From Eledone cirrhosa (taxonomy: Eukaryota), in assembly GCA_964016885.1 (NCBI GenBank), contig OZ024740.1:255378001-255442000 (forward strand): a stretch of DNA of 64,000 bases. Direction: 5' to 3'. Made by a program: the position numbers and the translations under genes. This document shows, in pieces, positions 62,801-64,000 of this stretch; position 1 is the stretch's first letter, and each line of letters starts with the position of its first letter. The notes under the pieces were generated by a model. It saw only the letters and a list, made by a program, of their open reading frames with translations. It was not told where the DNA came from and did no database searches.

Positions 62801-64000
62801 TCTCGTTCTCTATCTGGTACTTTCGCCCTGTTACTTTACTGTCCCGTTCTCTATCTGGTACTTTCCCCCTGTTACTCTACTGTCCCGTTCTCTATCTGGT
62901 ACTTTCCCCACTGTTACTCTACTGTCCCGTTCTCTATCTGGTACTTTCCCCCTGTTACTGTACTGTCTCGTTCACTATCTGGTACTTTCCCCCTGTTACT
63001 TTACTGTCCCGTTCTCTATCTGGTACTTTTCCCCTGTTACTCTACTGTCCCGTTCTCTATCTGCTACTTTCCCCCTGTTACTGTACTGTCCCGTTCTCTA
63101 TCTGGTACTTTCCCCCTGTTACTCTACTGTTCCGTTCTCTATCTGGTACTTTCCCCCTGTTACTCTACTGTCCCGTTCTCTATCTGGTACTTTCCCCCTG
63201 TTACTCTACTCTCCTGTTCTTTATCTGGTACTTTCCCCCTGTTACTGTACTGTCCCGTTCTCTATCTGGTACTTTCCCCCTGTTACTCTACTGTCCCGTT
63301 CTCTATCTGGTACTTTCCCCCTGTTACTCTACTGTCCCGTTCTCTATCTGGTACTTTCCCCCTGTTACTCTACTGTCCCGTTCTTTATCTGCTACTTTCC
63401 CCCTGTTACTGTACTGTCCCGTTCTCTATCTGGTACTTTCCCCCTGTTACTCTACTGTCCCGTTCTCTATCTGGTACTTTCCCCCTGTTACTCAACTGCC
63501 CCGTTCTCTATCTGGTACTTTCCCCCTGTTACTCTACTGTCCCGTTCTCTATCTGGTACTTTCCCCCTGTTACTGTACTGTCCCGTTCTCTATCTGGTAC
63601 TTTCCCCCTGTTACTGTACTGTCCCGTTCTCTATCTGGTACTTTCCCCCTGTTTCTCTACTGTCCCGTTCTCTATCTGGTACTTTCCCCCTGTTACTCTA
63701 CTGTCCCGTTCTCTATCTGGTACTTTCCCCCTGTTACTGTACTGTCCCGTTCTCTATCTGGTACTTTCCCCTGTTACTCTACTGTCAAGTTCTCTACCTG
63801 GTACTTTCCCCCTGTTACTCTACTGTCCCGTTCTCTATCTGGTACTTTCCCCCTGTTACTGTACTGTCCCGTTCTCTATCTGGTACTTTCCCCCTGTTAC
63901 TCTACTGTCCCGTTCTCTATCTGGTACTTTCCCCCTGTTACTCTACTGTCCCGTTCTTTATTTGGTACTTTCCCCCTGTTACTGTACTGTCCCGTTCTCT
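47827..64000. repeat. 41-bp tandem satellite, >16 kb (~390 monomers), continues beyond the window
   Basis: Consensus CTGGTACTTTCCCCCTGTTACT(C/G)TACTGTCCCGTTCTCTAT; very homogeneous, pyrimidine-rich plus strand. Confidence 0.99.

Noticed and set aside
47827-64000. CRISPR-like array
   Set aside because: Monomers abut directly with no unique spacers; eukaryotic context; no cas genes.

Overview
Eukaryotic, repeat-dominated DNA. The SINE families and (CA)n/(TA)n/(AAT)n microsatellite load suggest a cephalopod, probably Octopus (inference). No intact protein-coding gene is evident. The window contains: (1) tRNA-derived SINEs; (2) several decayed Penelope-like elements (PLEs) and solo pLTR pieces carrying about 8 hammerhead ribozyme (HHR) motifs, several with palindromic stem III and long or branched stem II; (3) a 5'-truncated Helitron with an ~890-bp internal tandem duplication; (4) a ~19.5-kb head-to-tail array of five minus-strand Tx1/L1-clade LINEs (15.3-34.8 kb) joined through (ATT)n tails, plus one internally deleted plus-strand copy; (5) a possible chain of phase-compatible short exons on the minus strand (35.0-37.9 kb); (6) a >16-kb 41-bp satellite running off the right end, with multi-kb higher-order duplications. 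The most coherent system is an (ATT)n-targeting Tx1 LINE plus a partner SINE. Both end in a covarying stem-loop with a CUUGU loop followed by an (ATT)n tail, and the SINE target-site duplications (mostly 17 bp) all begin with ATTAT. The giant plus-strand ORFs in the satellite and microsatellites are artefacts.
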